DNA from: a virus
Lineage: Duplodnaviria; Caudoviricetes
Strand: one strand, 5' to 3'
Length of the DNA: 64,000 nt
Virus record (IMG/VR): IMGVR_UViG_3300025066_000007
Each line of letters starts with the position of its first letter. The stretch's first letter is position 1. Of the stretch, positions 50,601-59,100 are shown in pieces. Made by a program: the position numbers and the translations under genes. Below the pieces are notes generated by a model. That model was not told the origin of the DNA, searched no databases, and saw only the letters and a program-made list of their open reading frames with translations.

Positions 50601-50891
50601 CTTTCCAAAAAGAAGAGTTCCATTTAGCCTAAGCTCTGTTCTGCCACTTATTACGGGAACATTGGATAGCTCAAAAAACCGGCCATCACCAGAGCCTGTC
50701 GGGCTCCAGCTTGACTCTCCATCCGCGCCGCCGCCTGCAGCAGACTGAACAATGGTTTCTTCTCTCAGGCCTTCGCCCAATACGGAAACGACTCTTATTC
50801 CGCCTGGAATAGAGACGCTGCGAGATACAACTCTATCTCTTGCAAATGCTCCAGGCTGTATAAAACCCGAAATTCCTGGTATGTTAGCCAT
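47610..50891 (-). CDS. Contractile tail sheath protein (1093 aa, with a large inserted region)
   Basis: N-terminal QPGAFARDRV; C-terminal sheath core WFDALEAME, HCENMSS..NRKERMAFIG, EEISIIFIRDSVKRTLR, DPRQINVFLQFAPAYPINYVFIDI; GGAGG RBS. Confidence 0.93.
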   Translation of the reverse strand: MANIPGISGFIQPGAFARDRVVSRSVSIPGGIRVVSVLGEGLREETIVQSAAGGGADGESSWSPTGSGDGRFFELSNVPVISGRTELRLNGTLLFGKQEVIDSSGVSSPFDYRLDISNGRIELRGASIGDQDGKGYSAGSGNVGTGILVDNDSCDPLLTLDILDDSAPSERWTIRCVSVVRDSNGDPIPGLATFTATGDTSGQLYDSFGNPLTFSSAYFTSTAGAVSGNLSECDDGVVVASGSVSVTDFPRGSVVLRDGDDTLATSDTFMVSGADLVSQGQALPGDFLCLDGYVGHEIETITYDGTDTTITVTTDSLGPASPVWDEADLYDWDIRATNILIDDPSVTHNGLTGAPASEGNFSSADVGKTVLICNGGAFDGGLFTISKVTSTRRVRLHSLDDATVGFQDLEEASGASVTGLAAEGLTFHLLENNGVLLLGIQEGATSFEVGDKFFVDISSRALGRGDTLEAKYIATIDLNDPEFFVEASDLFRKHGLPSVENTLSLGTQIALENGAPGILALQCKPPVPRRTSVTLLEERNSLGEGGFSACYDSGTLSADACEVDDLRFTIPRPLTGLRNGRPDPDTRVNIFVIRDGEETQVFPNKSAFYNSQLTTDIQQGQWIDSSDSAFSYTVVDAVLEVVGNGDEGSLDVESGSEYFTTPEIDFDGDNVGHVIVISSMEDSDTGIVHTSVEDISMELFGVALGTPSVELVIDSVTDDSLVLVSAENGSPLDLQGSYSDIQFFIKDPEDSNADDALLLLHSDLVSSGVIKEGDGLRISYIDENDADFFDTNWFDALEAMEAAEAQIIVPLPNQAISSIFRATVNHCENMSSVANRKERMAFIGAQIGVTPAALIGTREIAIEDIGIIEGIQGDDAEEILDGNVEDLVNFKLSDNYTSNRSVYLFPDSIVRNVNGTNVNLHGFYQGAAAAGFLSAKQNVAIPLTDKPLSGFSITRDKVYSPTILNQLGGVGATVLQPITGGGRVLAGRTTSTSGFIEDEEISIIFIRDSVKRTLRSSLRPFIGGVQNADTNILMGGRVRTIMNGLIGQGLVTSFKNIRVEQDKVDPRQINVFLQFAPAYPINYVFIDIEVGVI

Positions 50892-50950
50892 CTAAGATCC
50901 TCCGTTTTAGCAATAACTCATCAAATTATTTATTATTAGTAGTTTCATTT

Positions 50951-51760
50951 TTAATCTATTTCTGTTAAATCAATTATGTCATCAAATCTTCTTTCGAGGA
51001 GATCTGCCTGTGTTTTTTCGCCTGGAACAGGGTGCCAAGTGGGCTCCATAGTAAAGACTATCTTCTCAACTATATTTTCAATGGGCACTTCCACTCTCCA
51101 CTCCGAGTAAGTGGACAATGATAGTGTTGTACTATACACATAGTCATTAGCATAAGGCTCTGCATTTTCAGCGCCTATTGAAAGCTGATGAATAAATAAG
51201 CCATTTGCCCTTAGCTCATTCCATAGAGAATACTGAAGGGCTAAAGATACAATATCTGTTAGCTCCTGAAGCTCCGCTTGGCTCTCTGAGTAAATTCCAA
51301 CGTCAAATCTGAGATCCCACCTTCCAGCATACACTCTGTGAGTAGGGGTGCTAATCATCCTTCTTGCGCCATAATCTGTTTCGAGTAGATCAGTCCTATA
51401 CTTATAGGTCATATTCTGATTAAAGGATATAGGCTTATATGAGCCTCCGTTCGACTTAATTACAATTGCCGGAAAAAATTTGACCTCATAACGATATGTG
51501 TCACTAATTAAGATCTTTGTAGTGAGGGCGGAATCTATATCTATACCAGTATGGTCTGGGGTAAGAGGGTACCCGTATTCATCTGCTCTATATGTAAAAA
51601 TGCTATCATTCTTAAAGATCTTTCTCAGACCATCTATAAGAAGAGATTTCGGATGAACTACGGCAGACTGCTGAACAACATTATGATCAGAGAAGAAGCT
51701 TGAATATACGATATGATCGCCATTCAAACCTGTTCCTGATAAATTCTGTTCATCTATCAT
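50951..51760 (-). CDS. Putative tail terminator/completion protein
   Basis: Immediately upstream of the sheath; FFPAIVIKS, GRWDLRFDVGIYSESQAELQELTDIVSLAL. Confidence 0.55.
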   Translation of the reverse strand: MIDEQNLSGTGLNGDHIVYSSFFSDHNVVQQSAVVHPKSLLIDGLRKIFKNDSIFTYRADEYGYPLTPDHTGIDIDSALTTKILISDTYRYEVKFFPAIVIKSNGGSYKPISFNQNMTYKYRTDLLETDYGARRMISTPTHRVYAGRWDLRFDVGIYSESQAELQELTDIVSLALQYSLWNELRANGLFIHQLSIGAENAEPYANDYVYSTTLSLSTYSEWRVEVPIENIVEKIVFTMEPTWHPVPGEKTQADLLERRFDDIIDLTEID

Positions 51761-51774
51761 ATAAGAGCCTGCGA

Positions 51775-52059
51775 TTATCTGAAGTTAATCGGAAGATATT
51801 TTAATTCTTTAATTTCAGCTGATTGTTCGCAAAAATGAGCGATTTCTTTAACTAACTTGTCGAGCCTTTCTCTGTCGAGCAGCTCATGTTCCTTTAAGGA
51901 GATCTGCTTTTTAATTGTTAGCTCTACGATAATATCATCGTCATTATCATTATTACTAGATAAATTACCAGAAACCATTTCAACAGAGTTCTTATCTCTT
52001 ACTAGAGAAAGCTCCGAGCGCCCATCCTTTTTCAGAATGCCTGATAGGTTCTGAATCAT
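51775..52059 (-). CDS. Small hypothetical protein (~94 aa)
   Basis: Track GTG start at 52116 runs through an AT-rich, promoter-like stretch; ATG at 52059 preceded by GGGAAA is the more plausible start. Confidence 0.5.
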   Translation of the reverse strand: MIQNLSGILKKDGRSELSLVRDKNSVEMVSGNLSSNNDNDDDIIVELTIKKQISLKEHELLDRERLDKLVKEIAHFCEQSAEIKELKYLPINFR

Positions 52060-52116
52060 TTTCCCAAGAATATTGTTTTCTTTAATTTTATTATTTACAA
52101 ATTTAATAACAAGCAC

Positions 52117-52611
52117 TTATTTAACCTCATATTCACGATCCGCACCTTTAAGCTCAATAGTCCTATTTATTGGCTTAAAATTCTTATGTATATATTCTAC
52201 TCCGTATCTCCCCTTAGGCAGCCTTACCTCCCAAAACCCATCTGGATTAGTAAGGTGATCCTTCACGATTTCGTTCTTATCATCATAAATCTTTACGGAT
52301 ACCTCGTTCAAGGGTCGCTTCTCTTTATTGACGATGTATCCGAATACCCGGATATTTCCCAGAAGAAGTTTTTTAACTTTTTGTTGACTAGCAGAATTTT
52401 GAGGGCTATTACTCTTAACAACCGGTGCAACTACACGGGACGATGGTTCCGCTGCTGCAGCTGAGGTCTCAAGTCGCTGGAACTTCGAGAACTTATTGCT
52501 AAGGATCTTTACGTTATCGTCTATGACCTGTAGGCGCTTGTCCATTAGGTCGATCCTGTCAAGGATTTCGTAGATAGCATCGATTGCTGAGATTTCTTTT
52601 TTGTCCGACAT
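52117..52611 (-). CDS. Coiled-coil plus carboxypeptidase-regulatory-like (prealbumin-fold) domain protein
   Basis: N-terminal heptads IYEILDRIDLMDKRLQVIDDNVKILSNKF; C-terminal VFGYIVNKEKRPLNEVSVKIYD...TNPDGFWEVRLPKGRYGVEY. Confidence 0.62.
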   Translation of the reverse strand: MSDKKEISAIDAIYEILDRIDLMDKRLQVIDDNVKILSNKFSKFQRLETSAAAAEPSSRVVAPVVKSNSPQNSASQQKVKKLLLGNIRVFGYIVNKEKRPLNEVSVKIYDDKNEIVKDHLTNPDGFWEVRLPKGRYGVEYIHKNFKPINRTIELKGADREYEVK

Positions 52612-52612
52612 A

Positions 52613-55600
52613 TTATAGCGCCTCGATAATATTGTTGACCTCTAAGATACCAGAGAGGGTATTTGTTGCTGAATTTTCTTGCAGAAGAGTATATCCTCCC
52701 GCTACATCAATTGATCTTTGGCTGATGTTATCTGTGATTAAGATATTTTTAAACGTATTGCCCTGATTTAAGTATGCCACACATTGCTGGTAGCCAACTC
52801 CATCAAAATAGCAATTCTGAATAATTATATTTTGATAAGTGCCACCACTGTCGTTTCCTATGTGAAAGGGCATTTCATTTTCTGCGCCAGTATATGCAGC
52901 GGATGATGAGTAGTCTGCCGCAGCAATAAAGCGAAGGCCGTCAAATTTAAAACGAGCCTTTGTTGCTCCTGTGTTTGTTATGTTATTTGTTACCCTGAAA
53001 ACGGTTCCAGACTTACTGGTTGGCTGACCTGTGATTCCCTCAAATGTCAAGTTGCTTATATCTACTCCATACTGTATCGAGCTAGAGCCTGTATCTGCTC
53101 CTATCAGAACCATCTCATGACCTTGAGCAAGGATGCTGAAGTTGCTAAGGGGGAAGGTAGAGGCTCTCTTGATTATAGAAGTTGGACCTGTTCCGTGTAT
53201 TTTTACATCGAAATTCAAAGTAAGCTTCTCTGTTAATTCATAAGTTCCTTCTTTTACAAATATGCTCGGAGTTCCTACGTCAGGAAACATTTTTGAGAAC
53301 ATTTCTGCATATTTAACTGCACTCTGAAGACTGGCAAAGTGTCCAAATCTTGTATCATTTGATACGGTTATATCCGCTACTAACTTATAATCAAGGTGGT
53401 CAACAAATAGCCTTAAGTCTGTAATCTCTAGGGATGCAAGATCTATGTAGGCCAAATGTGCAACATTTTGCGTGTAAAATGGAGAGATATAGTCTGTTCC
53501 TGCATTTGGATCGACTTCATTACCTATTACTATACATCCCTCTCCGTTTAATCCTACGTAGAAGTTATCTGTAGCGCCATTAGTATGCCGATATGTTAGA
53601 GCTGCATCTCCTAAGTACTCAATTCTTATTCCGTTTACGACTCCAACTCCTGGGTCAATATTTAGAGTAGAAGTTCCATCTCCATTGTCAACAATAGATT
53701 TTACGCTTATACCCCTGATAAGTCCGCTTCCTCGAAGCTCATTTCTTGGACCCTGTATGTATCTTTCTATAAAAGATGAGGAAATGATCGTATCATCAGC
53801 AGTTCCGGTCGTCCTTTTGTCAGTAGTGCTGAGTGCCCCCTTTCCTCCTAAGCCAGCATCAGGTTCTTCAATGACAACTCCAAATTCTGGAGAAAATATA
53901 GTTCTGCAGAGATGAAGAGTGGAAGAGGGAAGTTCATCGAATCCAAAGATAGATGAGGTTAAATCACTTGCTCCAATCGCTGCGATTGACTCATTGGGAA
54001 CAAAAACACTTAAAACTACATAATTCATTCCATCATTTGATAAAACCTTGTACTCTCCTGTGCTTCCAACAAAAACTTCTGGACCCTCTGTTCCGGAGGG
54101 CTCTTGCTTCAGGGTGGCCATGCCAGACGTATCTACTTTTAGAGTATATTCTTGGTCACTAGTTATAAACCCTTGAGTTACGTCTTTTACTGTTGCATAA
54201 AAATTGGACAAAGACATATGTCCGACAATATCTAGTCGTTTTTTAAAGTGTATATTTGCATTATCATCGGCAAATATATCGAGCATCATCAGTCCGTCAA
54301 GCTCTATGAAGTTTAGCTCTGAAATTGGAGCTCCAGATCTAAGAATAAAAACTGCAGATGTCTCTGAAAGAGAGCCTTGCAGCGTAGATGTGAAATCCAG
54401 AGTTATCCTTGTTGCCTCAACCGTTTTTATAGAGTAAGACCCGTCATCATCAGAGTCAGAGGATCCATCTATTACAACTAAGTCTCCGACTCTTATTCCG
54501 CTAGCAAGAAAATCCGTTGCTCCTTTTGCGTTTAATTCAAGCGTTCCTGTTCCAATAGATATAGATTCAGAATTATGGGTAATTACTTTTCCGAAATCAT
54601 CAATAAGCATGCCATTGATATGAACAGAATTTCCGAAAGCTCCCTTTGTCAAGCGATCCTTTATATAGGACAGCCCCATAGCTGCCGATGCATCGTTCGA
54701 TGATGCGTCAACTATTTTTAGACTTCTTATTCGAACGTCATCGGCATGATTTGGAATATTATGAGACAATGCTAGCTCATAACAATTTAGAGCCTTTAAC
54801 TTATAGGCAAAAAAGTTTAACTTATTTTCTGCACAATATTGATTTATTGTTGCGATGACAATATCGAGGGTTTGAACGGTGTAATTAGAGTTGCTTATAT
54901 CAATTTCGTAAGTTGTTTCTTCATCAACTTCTATGGCTAAGGTGTCTGAGGTTCCACTTACTATATTCTCCGGCCTAGCGCCAGAAGAAATAATAGTTGC
55001 AGAGTTTGGAAGGCAGACCTGAATTGTGGGAGTATTGCTGAATCCCAACCTCGGTCTAACAGCACAGTTAAGTGCATTTTCATTATATGTTGTATAGACG
55101 CTCTTCTTAACTCTAGCAGTAGTTCCCGTCGTTAAAGCATTTTTTGGGCCACCGTAAACCTCTACCTGACTGAGGTCTCCAGAGGCGTCTAGGGTTACTG
55201 AAGATATGAGATAATCTGTATTGTCCGAATCTACTGTTGCATTTAGTATCTCCAATACGTCAAACTCCTTTATTTCAGAAATAACAGAAGGACTATTCGT
55301 AAATGAGATAATAGTTTTTGACCCACCTGTTGGAACGGGAAAGGATATTTCCGATGATGCAACCAGTATTGATCCAGAATCAATCTTTTCATAGGCGTCT
55401 ATAGCATCGCCTGTTCTTACTATTCCATTGGAATTTAGATTTAGAATAGATTTTCTTAGTCCGACGCCCTCTAAGTTAACAAGGTCATCTATAGCTCCTT
55501 GGACATCATCAGATGGGATAATATCAGAGGTCTCACTGTTATCGTAGTATAGCTGCAAGGCCTTGTGAGAATTATTTGAAGCAGTTAAGTTTTCGCCAGT

Positions 55601-56167
55601 AAAGTTTATATGGGCATCATAAAGAGCTTCTAGCGCAGCCTGAACTGTTCCAGAGCTGAGCGACAAGGTTGCAATTGCCGAAGCTACAGATTCAGCCTCT
55701 GTTGCGGTAATCGCTTTTGCTTTATGCCTATTTGTTGCTTCAGGATGTATGTGGGCGCTTAGAATCTTATTAAGCTCATCTAGAGCGGCTATAAAGAGCT
55801 CTATCTTATTATCAAGGATAGAAATTTCATCTTGCAGCAGATGAGTAGGAAAATTTAGCCTTAACTTGGATTCGTCTATGGCGGCTACTTTCGAAACATC
55901 TTCATTTGTTATTGGCCCGGACAAAATTCCTGCTCGATCTAGAGCCGACTCAATGATGTTTCCATTATCATCAATTAAATTACCCAGCCTTGCCGCAACT
56001 GTATTTCCCGCAGCACCCTGCGGGTTTATTCCCAATGTTCGTTCGATATTGAAAATAGCAGATCTAATGCTATTTAGGACGTCAGACCCAATTTCTGTTA
56101 TGTTATCTCTTACAGAAGGGATTTCTACAGAAGTATCAAGCTTTCCTGGGTAATTTGATTTAGACAT
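52613..56167 (-). CDS. Tail fibre/spike protein A with a C-terminal right-handed beta-helix (pectate-lyase-like) domain
   Basis: SIFVKEGTYELTEKLTLNFDVKIHGTGPTSIIK, VDISNLTFEG, NIIIQNCYFDG, NILITDNIS; N-terminal ~970 aa paralogous to 56177..61420. Confidence 0.75.
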   Translation of the reverse strand: MSKSNYPGKLDTSVEIPSVRDNITEIGSDVLNSIRSAIFNIERTLGINPQGAAGNTVAARLGNLIDDNGNIIESALDRAGILSGPITNEDVSKVAAIDESKLRLNFPTHLLQDEISILDNKIELFIAALDELNKILSAHIHPEATNRHKAKAITATEAESVASAIATLSLSSGTVQAALEALYDAHINFTGENLTASNNSHKALQLYYDNSETSDIIPSDDVQGAIDDLVNLEGVGLRKSILNLNSNGIVRTGDAIDAYEKIDSGSILVASSEISFPVPTGGSKTIISFTNSPSVISEIKEFDVLEILNATVDSDNTDYLISSVTLDASGDLSQVEVYGGPKNALTTGTTARVKKSVYTTYNENALNCAVRPRLGFSNTPTIQVCLPNSATIISSGARPENIVSGTSDTLAIEVDEETTYEIDISNSNYTVQTLDIVIATINQYCAENKLNFFAYKLKALNCYELALSHNIPNHADDVRIRSLKIVDASSNDASAAMGLSYIKDRLTKGAFGNSVHINGMLIDDFGKVITHNSESISIGTGTLELNAKGATDFLASGIRVGDLVVIDGSSDSDDDGSYSIKTVEATRITLDFTSTLQGSLSETSAVFILRSGAPISELNFIELDGLMMLDIFADDNANIHFKKRLDIVGHMSLSNFYATVKDVTQGFITSDQEYTLKVDTSGMATLKQEPSGTEGPEVFVGSTGEYKVLSNDGMNYVVLSVFVPNESIAAIGASDLTSSIFGFDELPSSTLHLCRTIFSPEFGVVIEEPDAGLGGKGALSTTDKRTTGTADDTIISSSFIERYIQGPRNELRGSGLIRGISVKSIVDNGDGTSTLNIDPGVGVVNGIRIEYLGDAALTYRHTNGATDNFYVGLNGEGCIVIGNEVDPNAGTDYISPFYTQNVAHLAYIDLASLEITDLRLFVDHLDYKLVADITVSNDTRFGHFASLQSAVKYAEMFSKMFPDVGTPSIFVKEGTYELTEKLTLNFDVKIHGTGPTSIIKRASTFPLSNFSILAQGHEMVLIGADTGSSSIQYGVDISNLTFEGITGQPTSKSGTVFRVTNNITNTGATKARFKFDGLRFIAAADYSSSAAYTGAENEMPFHIGNDSGGTYQNIIIQNCYFDGVGYQQCVAYLNQGNTFKNILITDNISQRSIDVAGGYTLLQENSATNTLSGILEVNNIIEAL

Positions 56168-56176
56168 TTCTTATTC

Positions 56177-59100
56177 CTATCCGCAGTGATATGTGCATCC
56201 AACAAATGCTTTTCTATAAGTTTGGCCATCATGCTCAAACTCTAAACAATCATACGTTTCGCTATCTAAATCAAAAGTACAATCACAGGTTATTTTTGCA
56301 ACAGTATAATTATGGAGAAGATCATCATCTTGAAGCATTCCATATCCTGGAATTTCGCATGTAGTTATGTAATCTCCATTTTCAAAATCTCCATTAATAT
56401 TGCAAACCCAAATGCCGCCCTCTCCAAGCGCATTAATAATTAGCCTATCGTCCTTCTTGCTAAGAACCGACACAAAAGATCCTGAAGCATACTCTCTTCT
56501 TTCTCCTGAATCTTCAATGTTAGAGATAACTCCATAAGCCTTTTTATCTTTTCTTTTTGAAGCAAGACCAACAGTTGGAAGTGCTTCATTTATCTCTGCC
56601 TTGACAGATAGATCGAGATTTATATACTCTCCTAAAGAAGAAACGATTAGCCCTATATTTTCTACATTTTTTAATGCTGGGTCAGAATCAGAGCGATGCT
56701 GTCCTGTAAAATCAAGCTCTCCAGGCGTAGCAGTAGAGCTAACGTACGCCTTTGTAGGGTAATTAACTCCATTTGTTGTAAAGTCGAAATAAAGCCCAGT
56801 AGGGGCCCCGATTGGATCGGCAGCAGCAGTATAATATATAGCACAAGCTTCAGTTTGATTACCAGAGTGGGCTGCAAGCTCTATTCCTCTACCACTTTCT
56901 CCGCCTGTCGCCAAAGAAGGGCTGGGAACATTCTGTATCACTGTAAGCTTAGCTCTTGGGCTGGAATTCTCAAGTCCAACGTTTCCGTCCTCTCCAATTG
57001 TCATGCGAGTCTGCGCATAGCCAGAGTCAGTCGTTGAAGCTTTGGTTTTAAAGTGAAGCTTTCCTTGCGAGTGACCTCCAACTCTTTCGTGGGTTATAGA
57101 TGCTCCGACTCGATCGGTCACATCTTGTGAAGCAGAAATTCTAAATCCAATTCCTATTTCGCTTCCTGTATCGTTTCCATATTGAGATATTATAGTGTGA
57201 TAATCTGAAATAGCATAACCGGAAGCATCAGATGCATCATATGCCGCTGCTGCAGATTGAACTGTTAATAAGCCGAATGGGGTATCTGTTCCAACTCCAA
57301 CACGCTGGCTCTCATCAATGACAATAGCGAGATTATTATTTGTATTAAGTTCAAGTTTATGATTCGTAATTGTGCCAATTGTAACTTTGGAATTAGAGCC
57401 ATCATCTAATGCGCGAAATCGTCCAATAACTGTGTTAGAATTTGCATTTGCGCCAACAGACAGGAAGGCGTCCTCTATAACGCTAGAGTCAAACGAAACT
57501 ATAGAGGCTGTAGCAGGAGTATCTCCTGCGTGTAAAATAGACGTTGTATCTGAGGGCCCTCCTCTGTGGATCAAGAGGTTGGGGTGATGAGGCTCAACGG
57601 CGGCACCAATTCCAATTTTTTTGCCAGCAGACAGATTTCTGCTTATTCTATCTCCCCAAAGATGGGTTCCTGCGGCGTCTGGAGTTGGCGAAGACGAGTT
57701 TCCCGTACTATCTGAAGCAGTATTTCCGCGAAATTCTATATTATTTTCAGACGGAGAATCCTCAAAATCAAAAATATGGCCAGAACCAGATACAAATATT
57801 GCGTAATGATCTTCGCCATCAACGACTCCGTCTCCCGATCCTCTAAAATTATTGTTCGTAATGCTTATATTACAGTGGTCGGCTGAATCATAAGAATTTG
57901 TTTTAATATGTGTATTTAAAAATTCACAATTAGAAATACTTATATTTCCAGCTTTAACACCAGATGATGTATCTAGCCCCTGCACTAATATCCCATAGTT
58001 ATATTGATCAAATATAGCTCGATTAGCTCTATCAAAAATTACGTTCTCAATATTAATTGAGAAATTAAGCTTTGACCCTCCATCTTCAATTGTTGGATCG
58101 AAAATTAAGATGCCAGAATGATTGAATTTTAGATCACGAATATTGATTACGCCAGAAATCAATGTATCCGAGTCTCCATCCGGAGCTGATGAGTCCAGTC
58201 CTGCACCGGCAATATACATCCAGTTGTTCATAACTGATTCAGCGTCAATACGATCTCGATCATCGTCAGCTATGTCTGCATTAGCAAATGTTCTAACTAA
58301 GTCCAGAACAGTCGACTCTCCCTCCCCGACTATATTTACAGGAAAGTTCAGCCAGATTCCTCCATCATAAGCTGGTTGAACGTCTGCTGCTTCGCGGGGC
58401 GTATAGTCAGCCAGCGCGAGATCCATCTCTGTGACCACCTGATGCGTTCCGGACTTCAGATGGACCGTTGGAATGCCGGCCTTCGGGAACGCCTGAGAGA
58501 ACCGCTTAGCGTACTTTAGCGCCTTATTTATGTCGGAGAAGTGGCCCATCCCCGCTTGGGGGCTGACCGTAATCGAATTTAAGATTCTTAAGTCTAAATT
58601 ATCAATAAATAGCCTGAAGTCGATGATGTCAATATCTGATCCATCATTTTCTGCAGAAGCCAAAATTGAATAATCATATGGAGAGAACGGACAGTCACAA
58701 GATGCTGGATCTGGAGCTCTGAAGGTGACTTCTCCCCATTGGTTTATTCCAACATAAAACTTATCTACAGATACAGGTGGCCCACCAGTCTCAACGTCTG
58801 TGATATAATCAGATATCTCATCTAACTCAAAACGCTTCCCTCTAACATAGCATACGCCAGAAGATATAGATACGGTATATGTTGTTCCATTGTCTGTAAC
58901 CTGAGTTACTTCCAGGCCCCTGATGACTCCATTGGATCTAGTTTCAGATAGCGGCTCTTGATAAAGCTTATGGAGTACATCCGTTCCTATATCTTTAGTT
59001 CCGATTGATCCCTTTCTTAGCTTTCCAAATGGACGAGGATAATCTCCTCCGGCTCCGGTAATTCTTGAGTTTCCAGCTTCATACAAAACCCTTCCAAGCA

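Noticed and set aside
52060-52116. N-terminal extension of the 51775 ORF from GTG 52116
   Set aside because: Very AT-rich, low-complexity translation; better explained as an intergenic/promoter region before ATG 52059
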